DNA of 64,000 nucleotides from Iphione sp. A-MEVVRFRX5 (taxonomy: Eukaryota), in assembly GCA_976226885.1 (NCBI GenBank), contig OZ320314.1:13764001-13828000 (forward strand), given 5' to 3'. The notes below the pieces were generated by a model. The model had not been told where the DNA came from, searched no databases, and saw nothing but the letters and a program-made list of their open reading frames with translations. This document shows positions 35,624 to 50,600 of this stretch, piece after piece. Position numbers and translations under genes: made by a program. How positions within the stretch are numbered: the stretch's first letter is position 1; each line of letters begins with the position of its first letter.

Positions 35624-38600
35624 CTGCAGTAGCAAAAGTAAGGGAAATGTGAAACATTTTACCACTGTGCCCATTGTATATTCTTCAAATGAAAAAGGTC
35701 CTCTAAAATAGGATTGGACTTGCCTTTATTTCTGTAATTTTTTCTTCCATTATTGTATAATCCCTGTAGTAATTACGCAACCATGGATGATATAACATGG
35801 ATGATACTTGCATCCCCCTGGTGCACCCTATATATGCCGTACCATAATAACAGAGCATTAAGAAATTTTTGAAGAATGTACACTTATGGCAATACCTATT
35901 CAATGTTAAACTATTTAGAAAGAAGAAAATTATATATACCTGAGAGATAAGGCAGTAAATACACTATTTTAATGACTATTGATAATTTTTTAATGAAAAA
36001 TTGAATGCTCTAATTAAAGAACATTATTTTAAGGATTTGGTTAAGAAACATTTTATCAAAGAAATCTTTCAAAGAATCATCACCTGTTAATGCACTGACA
36101 ATCATACTGACAGCAAACGTGATGAGCATGGAGAAAAATGCTAGCCACAGGTAGGATACTGAGTAAAACTTAATGAGGGGATCATCATAGGTTCTGCAAC
36201 AAACAAAGACAGCAATTCTAAAATAGAATGACCAGATGTGACATTACAAATGAATGTGGCATTATATTCTGTATCTGTGATTAATACTGTGTTGAGCTGT
36301 AAAAGGAAATGAAGTAGGCTAAACTTTTCTTGGTAGATGTATATATACCTGTTCTTTTTTACATATATTTGTTTGTCAAATAAAATTATCCTAAAATGGT
36401 GAAAATCCACACACTTTTATTGCATACAAATTAGATAGTTATCCTAATTATAATGACTATTCATTTAAAATTATAATATATGTACTGGCATTTATTACAA
36501 TAAATCATGTTTCAGATTAATTGTTACTCTATGATTCATATGACAATGATCACCCATTGTTCCATCATCAGCAACCCAATCACCGGCAATTGATAACAGA
36601 TTAATCACTCGTTAACACTCAGAGAAAGAAAGACATCTTTGTCTAACCCTAAGATAACAGGTTAATATTAGTTTTGTGCCTTGATTTTGGGCTACAATCG
36701 TAAAAAGTTTCGTAATTTTGAAGAAGTTCCATAGAATAAGACCATGGGGTACTGCAAGTGAGGTAGGACTAATGCCTTAAAGTGTTGTGTTTTGTGCTAA
36801 ATGGCAGGATCAGTTTGCTCCTCCCGATCTTAAATGCAACCAACCACATTTTGGCCTTTACTTCCTTCAGTGTCCCTGTGAATTTGAGGCATGCGTTAAT
36901 GGCATAGCCTAGCAACTTCAGGCATGTCATCATGGCCAGATTAGTTACGTTCAGCTTGATTTCCAACTGGGTATTGGCAGCTTTGCCCACCAATATTTAG
37001 CTACATTTCTGCTCACTTAGCATCAGGCTGACACTACTGCACCACCCTAAGATTGTATTCACCATATGCTGGGTGGAGCCTCTTAGTCTTAGCAGGTCCC
37101 TTGCCACTACCAGTATGCTCAGATCATCCGCGCAGAGTACTGCACTTCTTTCTTCTGGCAGACATTGGATGACCTCATCCATTATGATGCAGAAGGCACT
37201 TGCGCCAAACAAGGACCCCTGGGGATGCCATGCTTTTTGTGTCTTACACTTGAATCCTGACCTCTGCATCTCACAAACTGTAGTCTGTCTGTGAAGTAGC
37301 CTGTGACAACTCTGCATATTTCAATACTTGCTCCGGCCTGCCATAGGCGCCTGACCACCCTGTAGGCTGGCACCAGGTCAAATGTCTTTTTCATGTCAAA
37401 TGTGAGGATGTTGCAGTACAGGCCTTTATTCATCTGCTTGGCTCAGTAGAGACACAATGGCAGTTTCATTTCATTATCTATGTGTAAAACCATCGCCTTG
37501 TGGCCTGTATAAAGCAGTGATTATGATAGGTTTCCTTTTCCTAGCCTTTAGACTCAAGGATAAGCTCTTTCAAAGCTGAGTATTTTTTTTTTTTTTTACT
37601 CTGGAGAAGTTATATAATGCATGCACCTTCTTCCTACTTTTATAAAGTGTTTTGAAGTGTTAATTAGACTAATCCAAAATAATTTGAATGGGTAAATCTT
37701 TTATGGCCATCTTCAATATTAATCTTTTAATAATGACGAAGAGAGTAATATAAGCATCAATGTGAATGTTTTTAAATAGAAACATTTTATGAGAAATTAC
37801 ATACTTACTCAACTGAAGCCATGGTCATTGTGACATTTATTGATAAAGTGGATGTTTCTGTCATGTTTGATATGCCAATGTCACATGTTTCTATGGTAGA
37901 ATTGAGGAATGTTCCCTGTAAATTGTTTGCATATGCTCCAAATCCCATCCAGGCTCCAAAAACGAACCCTGAGATGCTTCCTACAGAAACGCCCTATTAG
38001 AGAATGATACAAAAAAAATTTCCTTTTAGCTCTGATAATGATGATTTCATAAAAGCAAAAAATTATTTTGAATGTAAATTGATGAAAAATGCAGATAGAC
38101 AAAGAAATTCTTACAATCCAGTTTATGAAGGGAACAAAAACTCCAAGAAGAAACATGGCTATGATTGGTCCTGAACATGCTCCACTGAATGTAGCAATAA
38201 GCTGAATCAATGTTCCACCTAGTTGCTCAACTCCAAGACCAAGGGCAGTAGAAATTACACCTATGATCACAACTGAAAGATGAGGTATTCTTAAGAAATG
38301 ACTTGGTTGAAAGCAGGTTTTCAGGCAAAGAAATATATATGTTTGCAGTAATTGGATGAACCAAGTACTGATGGAATATTTTACTTTGTCTTGCTTTGTT
38401 GCTATCTTCAGGAAAACCAGGGACTCAGGGCCTTAGTTACCTACCAAACACATCTTTTCAACACCTTACCAGAAACATTTACATGTATGTTTTTCACATC
38501 CACATATATGTTTTTGCAGTGGGATATTTTGTGGAATACCGACATGTAAAATTATGAGAAAACAGAACTTGAAAATAATTATGTCAGCACAGAGATATGG

Positions 38601-41600
38601 TAACTCAATTCGTAGTGCTTCGAGACACTCCACACAACATGTCCTGAAAATGGGTCTTGTGTATCATTTAGGAGCATGTTTGTTGCATTCATGAGAGAGA
38701 GTTGAGAGTAAACCAGAACTCAATAAAAGCCCAATAATAAATTATTTTGATGATTTTAGCCATGGCCAGGTAAAGAATTCAAATTCTTTTGAAGCAGTTA
38801 AGTCTCAACCCAGAATATTCTTTAGGAACTCAAACTTGTATTGTTTAGTCTTGAGCTGGAATTATTCTCACTTGAGAAGTGAAAAGGTAGGCCTCAGTGC
38901 AATCTGCAGATCTTCCAGCTCAAGCCAGAAAGGGGCAATTCCAGAGTTCCAGAGTAAATTGTTTCTTAAATAAGGAATTCTGATGTAACTATGGCTAAGT
39001 TTAGCACTAGACTTTGTATATGAGAGAACAGTTTATGGGAATAGACAGGCAGTCCCTCATGGCACTTGAAGAAAATAATACCCAACCCCCAACTGGACAG
39101 TTTTTATTTCCAAGCCAACACTCATCCTACACTTAGCACATGTTACATGTGTTTTATTTTGAAAAAAGGTTCTGAGGAAATTTTAATTTGTATATAAAGA
39201 ATTCACAGTTTTAACAAGGCTTTGTTCTCATCAGAAGATTCTATCATGAACTTACCCAGTACTTTTGTTATGATAAGACCATATCTCTCTGATACATTTG
39301 GCCATATTGCCTTCAGAATGTCCTCAAAGGCATTTGTAGCACCAGAGTTCAGATTGGTGGATGCTGTGCTGTAATGATATTCACATTCTATAGTTTACAG
39401 TTTACCTGGCGACCAATTGAATCATCTTAGATGATACATAGGTATCATGTACTATTCAGAGTATTTTACCCTATTATTTTTAAAAGCTTTACCTGAACAT
39501 GTTCATATAAAGTACCACACACTTTGGTATGATATCTGATGGAAAACAACAGACATGGGTTATACTTCTATTCAGAGGTGAACAATTAATATGTGAATCT
39601 AGCATGAGTCTACTTAAAACAGGCATAATCATGGCTCAGGGGAGGAGTTTCCATACTTTTTTCTATGTACATATATATGTATACAAGTAGAACTATTTTA
39701 TCATACACATAGACATGCAGATTGATTAGTAGATAGATCAATAGAATGAGGAAAATAGTGTATTTAGAAATTTGTCCACTGTTTCAGTGACAATGCATAT
39801 TTTGCTTAAGCATACTGAGAGTCCTTAGATTATAGTATATATCTTCATGCACATATACAGGACACAACAATTGAGATACAGAGGATATGCAAAAACTGAA
39901 CACTCAAAAACAGAATTTTCCCAAATCCAAATATATTTAACTGGGACCCATTGTTGTTCTCTATTAAAATACTCATGTAACTGAACATTTGTATCTGAAA
40001 TCCAAACAATTTTTGGTCAACATTGACTGGTTTTTGCCCATTTTTGGACAAATTTGGCTGGTTTTTGATGAATTTGGCTGTTTTTTGGTGATTTTCAGAC
40101 AAATTTGCCTAATTTTGCTGATTTTTAGATGAATTTGGCTGAGTTTTGCAAATTTTAGATGAATTTGGTTCAGTTCTGCTGATTTTCGGATGAATTTGAA
40201 TGAATTTTGTCAATTTTTGGCTTAAGAATATGAGGAGTATTTTGGAAAGTGGCCTCAGGCCACAATTTAAAATCTGAATTATCCGAAATCTGAACAAAAT
40301 AACCTGAAACAGCTATTGTTCAGTTTTTGAGTATTAACTGTACTCTGGAGAATGAAAAGCAAGTGGGTTTCCCATGCTGACAATCGACCACATACCAGCC
40401 TGTTAGAAAAATAAAGCTGTACTATAGCATCATTTCAATCATTAATGTTAAATATATTGAAGGGATTTTATCAAACCTGAGTGAAGCAGCTAACATGCAG
40501 GCTATTAGAGTACCAGGTATTCCAGGAATATTCAAATCATTTGTGATAAAATATGGAATAAGCTACAAAAGAGAAACATCAAAAAGGTTGGCAATATTCA
40601 TGATGATAAAGAGTGCACACTGTATAATATATGCATAAATGTATGATATAATGATTAGGGATGACAGAGTAATCTCAGTCACTTTTTTTCATAAATAGGA
40701 CCTATCTGTAACTTGATAATAGAAAAATGCCTGCCTAGATTTGACCTTTTCTGCAGTACTTATATTTTACATGACATACCTGGTTTGGATTGCCCACTTT
40801 CTTGCCTCTGACAGGATCACATCCTTTATGTGTGTAGAAAGCAAACATGGACAGACCAGATAATGTAGCAGTGGTAAGCAAGGCACAACTCAGAATCAAT
40901 ACAATCACCAGACATCTGTAATTTAATTGATTCATTTTAGACATTCATTGATTCAAGAAAATACCACTATTATGCCCTATGTCATTAATGTATTTCACTG
41001 TGAGTGAGAATCATTAGGCTGATAATATTGCATATTTTATTTTTTGGCAGGGCAGAATCATTTATCATTGCTACAAATGTACAATAACATAATGTGTTAC
41101 AACCCTAAGCCTAGTGCTATGTAGTATTAGTTTCAAAGGACCAATAATGTTTATACAGAGTGAACTCTTCAGCTCACTACTGCCCTGTGACAGGAGACCT
41201 GGTCTGGGCATGTCATACCAAAGTGGTCCTGAGGGCTATGAAAGTTTGTTCAATTCACTCAGGCTGTACAATGGGCAACTAGGTCTTCATGTATAGCATA
41301 CACCCTCCTTTGGTTAAAACTCCACATGGTCTGTGACCACGTCCTGTGTGTCCAAGATATGCATGTTGTCACTTTGCTAGTTCTTTCCTTGGTTTACAAT
41401 GTTTAATTCTTAAATATTGCATGTAAGCACATTTCAGAAGAACAAAATAAATTTTATATCGTATACTAGTTCACTGTTAAGACACTCTGCCCTCAGGGTC
41501 AGACAATAAACCTTCAGACCAGTCACTCTATGCCATTGTTAATTGTGTAGTCCATTCATGTTGATGTTGGTTGCTGACTCTTTCTCAAATAAGATGGCCT

Positions 41601-44600
41601 ACAAGTTCTCTAGCACATTTATTGAAAAAGGTTCCCATTGCTACCAGGACATTGTTATTTTCGCTGTCATTGAAGGATATGTGCTGCATCAATCCAAAGC
41701 TGTAGCTGTGTAGCATGTTTTTCAGAACATATTGCTATGAAAAGAAGATGTCATGTGTCCTATTGTATTTTAAGGAAATATCAATGGAAGCAAGGTTGAG
41801 ACTTGCACCCCTATCTTTGTACAAAAGAAGGTTTGTTCAAAGATCAGTGTATCAGATATAGGTGTATCATGATGGAATGGAATGCCGAAAACACTGAGAG
41901 AAAACAATTCCACAAAATGGTTATTAAAACAATTAGAATAAAGGTGATATATACTATGTAAGATGTGAACTGATTCCTGAAAGAACAAATAGTACTTCAA
42001 GAAATAACATACTAACTATTTGTCTGTTTTGTAAAATCTCTATACCGGAGATATTGATGGACAGTAAACACCTTTGAATTGAAAATTGAATTGATGCCCC
42101 TAGGAACAAAGGTTGAGCCTACTTTTAACTCAACTGGTTTTTGAAATAAATATTCAGGAAGACAAAGGTGTCACAAGCCCAAAAGCACCAGCTATTTGAG
42201 GAGCTTGAGGCACTAAGGAGTCAAGATATGGAATAGTCTTCCACAGTCTATCAAATCCCGTTTGAGAACAGACTATAAGAAGATTGTTGCTGAGCAACAT
42301 CAAAGGTATTCCTATAACCGCAAGCTACTTCCAAGTACAGCAACTAGTATCATTTTTGTGGCAGGGGCAGAAGCTTCAAGGAGGGGAAAAGTCTAGTTTG
42401 TCACAGGATGGGCTATTTCCAGGGCATTTTCCTTTTATTGCAGAATTTGGTAATTAAGAGTTATTGTCAGTGTTATTATGTACTAACATAGGTGGTAGAG
42501 GTGAACAAAGGAAAAACATTCGTAATCCCATTCTCTTTATACTTAGTCCTGTGCTTAGTGAGTATCACCAAATTAGATGCTAGGATAGAAGATAATCTTT
42601 GGAAAAGTGAGTACCTACACAAAAATGTAATAAATCAAATAGGAAGTGTCTTGCACTACTTTAATTGGTGGGCTTGGGATGTACCTTGAAAGATTTATAT
42701 ATGAAATTGGACCTGTGCACTTAGTAACCAACTAATGTGTTTTGTCAAAAATTAGGGAGCGCCATGCATCTTTAAGCTTATCACTATCTTTCGTGTTGCT
42801 ATATGGACCTTCAATTATTTTTAAATACTTTTGTAAGATAAATTTAATTGATCTCTATTTTGTACAATCATTTTCTCTATGTCATACATTTCATGCTGTA
42901 TATTCTGGTATCATTGATAATTTTACTATACTCATGCCTTATTATCCCATATTGTTGCACCCATATTAATCTTGGAAGCTTTACATCAGAGAAGATTAAT
43001 AGAAATGCATAAAATAAATTCAAAATTAAATTTTCACTGTTAATTATTAATAAATTATGTAATACCATTATAATTATAATGACACTAACTTTTTATGTAT
43101 GGCAAATAGTTACAAGCTGGGAACTTACAGTTTGGCCATGGTCAGTGTACGCACAGCAGAATAGCGCTGCATTGAACTTTGTGAGGTACCAAATAGTCCT
43201 ATGAAACTTGCTCCTATACCAAATGTACAGGTCCATATTGTATAGTGAATAGTTGGGTCAGCACGCACCCTTGAAATAGTAGGAAAGAAAACCTATAGTA
43301 TTTTCTGCTTAATTCATTTTCAACTAGCTTGCAGATTGCTTATAAACAAAATTGGATTTGACATTCTGCATAGTAGCAAACTACAAATCTTATCTCATGA
43401 ACATCTTTAAAAATGTTGTTTTATCTAGGAAGGCCATATTTTTGTATTTTTCAAGAGTCAAATTTGAAATTTTCTAACTTAGCTGGATTTTAAGTGCCAG
43501 GTTTATAGGAAACGCACTTTGTATCAGACAATGTTATGGAGAATTGTACTGAAGCAATGATTAAAGTGGAAAAATTGGATCCCAAAACCTAATCATGCAA
43601 TAAACTGTATTACAAATTTCTAATGGAATATGGATACTTACTAACAGATCATTTAAATTCTATTTATGATTAAGATAAAAAAAACATGATTGATACACAA
43701 CATGATGATCCATAACATTTGTAATATAGTAGGTCCTAAACAAAGATCAATGAAGTTCAATGCATGCAAATATAGATTTAGGGCCACAAACTCACCAGAA
43801 ACCACAAACCAATGTATGTATCTAAACTGCATATTTATGAGGGGAAATGATTCTGGAGATGTTTGCTTCCAATCTGGGTTTAGGTTTGGATTTGCCACAT
43901 ACATAACTATTATGTATATGTATTATTTAATCAAAGCAATGTTGCTAAAGTTAATAAAAGATCATTTTTTCTGACACCCTGCTATACCTGTATGTGTATT
44001 CTTATACAACTTGTTGTAGACTCCTATGATCTATGATTGTATACGATGATTCTTTTTGTGACTTATTTTCATATTTGCACATAACTGATCAGAGACCTGA
44101 GTGTTATTTATAAGCTTATACACTATACACTATACCTCGTTCTAAACTACTCACCTTAATTATGTCAATTTCAATATATTATCCAAACTGTCCTTAGATA
44201 TTTAGTTGTATTGTATGATGCAATGACTATAAGCACATTGAAAAAGTAAATAATTGAAAACATTGCCATCTAATTACACTGAATAGTGCATCATAGCCAA
44301 TAAGGAAGGAATTTTTTATCCACCTATGGGTTTATGTAGAATGAAATGTTGGCTCTAGTAGATTAAAATGGTATGACACATAAAATCTACACTTGGCTTA
44401 GGTTTTTTTTATAGGGATATAGAAATTATCTATTAATAAGCAGTGATTAAGACAATATTTTTGTTACACTGTTATTAGCAATCATCGAAAAAGCTTTCAA
44501 CAAGGAAACTTTGCTTTAGAAATGCATTGAAAACTGTCACATTAAGTATGTTGGTAGTTGTATTCATTCTACCACACAAATGTTCTGGTGAAAGATTACA

Positions 44601-47600
44601 CAGGCATTCAAATCACAGACCCATCATTTTTCTTGCTTGGCTCATAATGAAATTTATATCATACCAAGATTAATGGTGCTTTATTTATTTTTGAAATATT
44701 AACATATCAATTTTCATTTTCAAAGAGGTCAAAAATCATGGTTGGGCAGGTAATTGGCAACAAAAATCTTTCTTGAATAGACCTCAGAAAGAGTCAGCTT
44801 CTTATTTTAACTGAACCTTAGAAACTCCGTAGCTCTAGTTATGCTGAATATGATGTATATACATATACTTACTCAGCAATATTTTGTCGATTCCACATAC
44901 CAGTAATGGTGAAAACATTATGAATACCACCCACAGAATCCATAGCCTGAATAAAACAGAAGCTCCATATGAAGGTTACAATGTACATATCTTTGACTTA
45001 AGGCTTTTTTTCTCAGACACTGTTGAGTGATATTACAAATTAACATAAATTCCCTAAATATTGCAGTTATTCCACAGGTAAATTTGTCTTCCTATTGAAT
45101 TTCTCCTTGTCATAACATAATGTCAAATTTATTATTTTATTCATGTTATCTATTATCTAGTAGATTTTTTTGTAATAAATAGATTTCAATGAAATGAGAC
45201 TAGAGGTTGTTAATAGATGTATCATTCATAGAGAGACATGTATACAATGTAGTATCAATTACATTCAGAGTTTTCAGAATTTGATAAAGTTAATGTTTGG
45301 ATTTCACTGCACCGTGGCACTGGGCTCCTACAGCAAAGTCTTTGATTTTGGGTTAGAACTTTCTTACATACATAAAAGAATGTTTTATGAAAGAATTTGG
45401 CAACAGCTATATAATATGAGACCTAATCCTCATATTGATGCTATATGATTAATTATTTTTATGAAAAGGTCTCATTATTCTAAAATTAAGTGTCAAAATT
45501 AGACCAGACAAAGTAATCACCTTATACTCAGCACCACCAAACTATATCAGCTGCAGCACCAGACTATATCGTAGATGAGTTATTATATGGAAGCTAGTAT
45601 ATTAAGTAGTTGTTCATAACATAGTGTCAAGAAGTACATCACACCGAAAAGTTTTTTTTTAACAGCATGTTATTCAGGAGATGTATAGCAATGCCAACAA
45701 ATCAGTGAGTCTGGAGAGAGTAGATCAGCTCGCTCCTTATCTATGCATCTACAACAGTTTTACAAGATGGAGGTTATTTGTTTGAAAGTTCAATTCACCC
45801 TTAATCTCATCAATATGTGTGTATAGGGGCCATTACCACCTACTGATAACCATGCAGTATTACTTCTTATACTACACTGTGGTTGTGTAGGTTTGATAGT
45901 TTGAAACAAAAAGGAAACAAAATAGTGGACGTGGATCAAGTTGGCGTTTTAACAGGTAAATATCACATTAACCCTTTCCTGACCACCAATGCAAAATCAA
46001 TCATTGGTGATCCACTTTATTCATTCCCTGTGCTAGATTATTGATATTTTAAAGATCTTTTTCATATATGGTACAAAAGAAGCAAATATCATGAGGCATT
46101 CACTGTCATTTGAAATTTTGTAAGAATACACTGGGTTACCATGGAGAAGTAGTCATGTGACCTTCAACAACCTCAAAAATAAATATTTATACATATTTTC
46201 CCAAACAATTTATTACAAATATGTATTAAAACTTTATATAACTGAATTAATGTTATATTGTCAAGGTATTCCCATGAAACATAAGAGTGTTTATTCCTTT
46301 GGCTTATCAGAAGTTTTTGATGAATCATTAGTGGGAATAATACAAACATACAGTATATAATATCTTATAACCTTTTTTTATTGCAACAAAACTACATTTA
46401 ATTATTACATAATATTTTCTTATTATTACATATGGCTTTTATGTAATAAAGACTGTCTTCCATCAACTTCTGCCCAAAACATTCATAAGAAAATTCATAG
46501 TTTGTTTTGTTACTAGTCATATTTGACTAATTATGATTATTTCTATATTTTATATATCCCATGATGCATCAGTGATGCTTATACATATGATGATGAACTA
46601 CTTTTGCTCAAAACATGTATACTTACAGGTCATGACAAAAAGTGTTCTAGAGACATACAGAGACAAATTTGGAATCAAAGCACTGTTAATCACTTCCTGA
46701 ACACTTTCTCAATGGAACATTTCTTCTAGGAGCAATATTTTTCAATGTTTACCTTAGTAGTGAAAATCAGGGTCACTTTAATGTTAAGTCTGTAATTTCT
46801 ATGTTACTTTCAATTATGCCTTGTTACCATGGTAACCAAATAAATCAAGTAACAATATTTTCAAAATAACATGTAATTCAAGGGCTTTCTTTTGATATAC
46901 AACATAACACAGTAACTTGAGTATTTAATCCTATAGCTTAGCATGATATAAGAAAGAACCATTACCACTGCCCGAAACCTCACTTTTCCCAGTCAGGATA
47001 GGGTTAAAAGAGGTTTTAGTTATCACCATCTATCAAAGGCACTAAATAATTCATATGCACATATGTTTAAAGTATTATGAACTAATTATAAAGGTATAGT
47101 TTATCTATATACTAATAAGTGATCTACAATAAGGACACTTCTGAAATCAGGATATTTTGGGACACAACCATATTTGAGACATTCAACTGTATGAGTAGAT
47201 TTTGAATTTGTATGCAACCTTATACTACTCATAGAAGCATTACTTTCATCACTTACACCTATACACTTAGGCAGTTTAACACAGCTTATTACAGTGACTC
47301 TTTTACAAGCCACTCATCAGAAAGTAAAATTCTCATTTTAATTGCTATGAGAAACAGGTGAAAGGAGAGCTGAGTCCAAATGGGATTCACCTTCAACAGA
47401 ACAGATCTATGGTGTCTCTTCACTAATGTTACCACCATCAGTTCTGATCTCAAATAGTTGGAATAGGAGAGTGGTCTTACTAGAGACTGTTATGTATTTT
47501 AATGTGCAATCAGGGCAGTTCATGATATTCTATGCTTTTCACTGAACTGGATGTTTACTTTTAAATACATTGATGTTTCGTTATATATACCAGATTTCTC

Positions 47601-50600
47601 TTCCTATTAGTTTATGTGTTATCTAGCCATATTGTCAGAGATAACTCTGTACCTCACTGCATGGAGATGACAATAAACCCATATTAAATATTGAATCTTG
47701 AAAATCTCTGAAATCTTTGGCCGAAATCCAAGAGGGCTGTCAAGTGACAAGTAACTTCAACATAGAAGTTTTGTGGACAAACATTCGAGTTTTGTAGATA
47801 CTTGAACATTTAGGTTTTGTAGACATTCAGACATTTAGATATTGTGGATGTCCAAATATTGCAAACATTAGGATGTGTGAGTATTGGAGACATCCAGATA
47901 ATTGTTATTTGAATTGAATAATTGAATTTTGTTACTAAGTGGTGCCGTTGATTGTCTGGACACCAACAGTCTCTGGCAGAGCAGATACTTAAACTATGTA
48001 AAAGTGGCATGTGGACATAACAAATTTTACATTGGAATATTGATTTCAAGCTACTTCCAGGAGAGGTGTCAGCAGCTCATGCCTGGAAAAGACATATCAC
48101 AAAGGTGCTAGGGTGGGATCTGGGGTTAATTCAAAAATTAACCAATTGTGACCCAAGCCATGCACCCAGGTCAGAGGTAACATGACTTATGACAAGGTTA
48201 TGAAAGGTTGTGAATTTTGTACCCAAGTTTGTAAACTATGTGCTAAGGCTTAGGAACTATGACCAGACGATTGTGAACTCCAGCATTAGGGTTTTGAACT
48301 ATGGATATATAATGTCCTCAAATTCTCCAGACTTTTTGGAGAGTACTGTCCTGTTACCTGTACGTGTCTACTGTGTCACAATAAACCATCAACTAACCAG
48401 AAAACCTCTGTCATCTTTAGTTGTTGTGTCACATGACACTCTCCAAGTGCAGTTAGAACATGTCTGTGCCATAGTGGCCACAAACAGTACCCTAGTGGCT
48501 TGTGTAATACTTTATATTGAAATACATAAAACATAACTTATTATTAACAATATTTTCTCATTCCAACCAACTATTATTGGACCAAAGCATAGGAACCTAT
48601 GTATCAGACCAGCCTATCAGATGATGGCATTGGTGCTACAAGTCTAATGATGCCTATTCAACACACAATATATCTGACAAAGACAGACGGTTTTATTGTG
48701 GAGTTTATCTGGATACAGTGATGGTCACAGTCCAAAAGGAAAAATGTTTTATTGAAGCCAAAATGTTCAAGTCCTTGAATACCAACAGACTTCAGTCTTT
48801 CTAGTGGGAAATTGATGTCCTTGTTTCTGTAAATGTTTCATATGTTAAAAGTAGAGGGTGAAAGTCAAAGCAAAACATTATTTACCACTATGCAGACTGT
48901 GAGTAGACCAGTAACCATGACCATGCATTGAAACACATCAGTCCATATAACTGCTCTGATGCCACCCTTGGAACGGAATAGAACAGTGAATGAGTAAAGA
49001 TATTAAGTAAAAATTTAATTATCTAATGTCTTAACATGCACTGGTGACAACAGGAAGCTAATCATACTCACTAAGCATGTGTAAATGGTAGTGATGACTC
49101 CTAAGATCAATACCATTCCCCAAACTGGGAAACCAGTCACTTAAAAAAAGGAATAAAAAGAGAAACATTGTGTGCTGTTCATAACCACCCAATACCAAAT
49201 AAACCAGAAGATAAGTAATTCATTTTGCTATTATAAGATATTTAAAACCCACTTGCTTGCAAGGCTATAGATGGTCCAAAAAGACACATGCCTGTTCTCA
49301 AAACCTGAAAGAGTTTTGAATTAATGTCTCATGAGTGATTCTAGAGCATTTGGGGCTTTGGTGTAAAGGTATTCTTAAGCTAAGCATGGATGCGTAATAT
49401 TACATGAATATCAAGTCAGATGACAACTCACATTTTCTTTACACTATCAAATCTGAGCTCAAAATAAGATCATTGAGAAGAGTATACTGGGGAAGAGACC
49501 AAGTTCACATGAATCCCCAAATTATTTTTTCCATATAAGAAGGGACAACAGAGAAGGTTGAAGCAGCAAAAGATACCAGATCCTCTAGACCCACATGTGG
49601 TTTCTTCAAGTAGCAAACAGAATTTCCTTTTGTGTTTGCTCTTAATACAAGGATTTACAAAGTTGAAATGGGAATATTATTATTAGCATTCTTCTTAAGG
49701 TCAGTTTCCACATTTGTGTTATAAGGTTTGCTTAGCATTTGCAATGCATTGCAATAATCCAAATTATGATTTTTCTCAAATGCCCATATAGAAGCAGTTT
49801 CTAACATGCTAGAAATAGCAAACCTAATGAAATAAACTTTCTGAAAGTAATTAATTTGATGAGTTCAATTCCTAATGGTTGCATATTTAATGAGTAATCA
49901 TTCTAAAAGTGGCAGAATTGATGAATATATGTTGCAATTTGCAAATAAAGCAGACCTTTGCAGGATTTATCATATGTTCACATATATTCTTTGCTTCTAC
50001 AAAGCCAAGCTACTATATGTTTCTTGTACATTTTCATGTGTTCATATTAAAATTATGGTTATGAACCAAAACATGACATGCACAATGCACTAATGCACAA
50101 TGTGTTGATGCAATGCAAGTGTGCAAACACCTCCATTAAATAGCGCCAACACAAACCCTGTGCAAAGAAACTAAAGATGTAAAACAATAACACAAGTATG
50201 AAAACCAGTAATGTGTTCTCCAATTTTCAATAAATAATGACATATGTAAACCATTTTATGGTAATAAAGATATGTGTGCTGGGGTCTGTTAAACTGTTAA
50301 CATTAAGAGAACATATTGTCATAAAGAAACTGTTTATTGTTCATAAATAAAGTCAATTCATGAATGCTCCTCAAACAATCCTTCATGGTCATTGTCTTCA
50401 TATTATTCAAAATCAATTTTATGAAGTAAAAATCTGATGAAAATTGAAAAACATCTTATGATAATATTTTGAACTTACCAGTTTAGTTATACTTGCTGCA
50501 CTTGCTAATATTGCCACAACATTCGACTTAAACCTCAACCGAAGGTACTATAAAACACCATGTACATTGCACATATTGAATCATGTTCTAGTGACATGTC

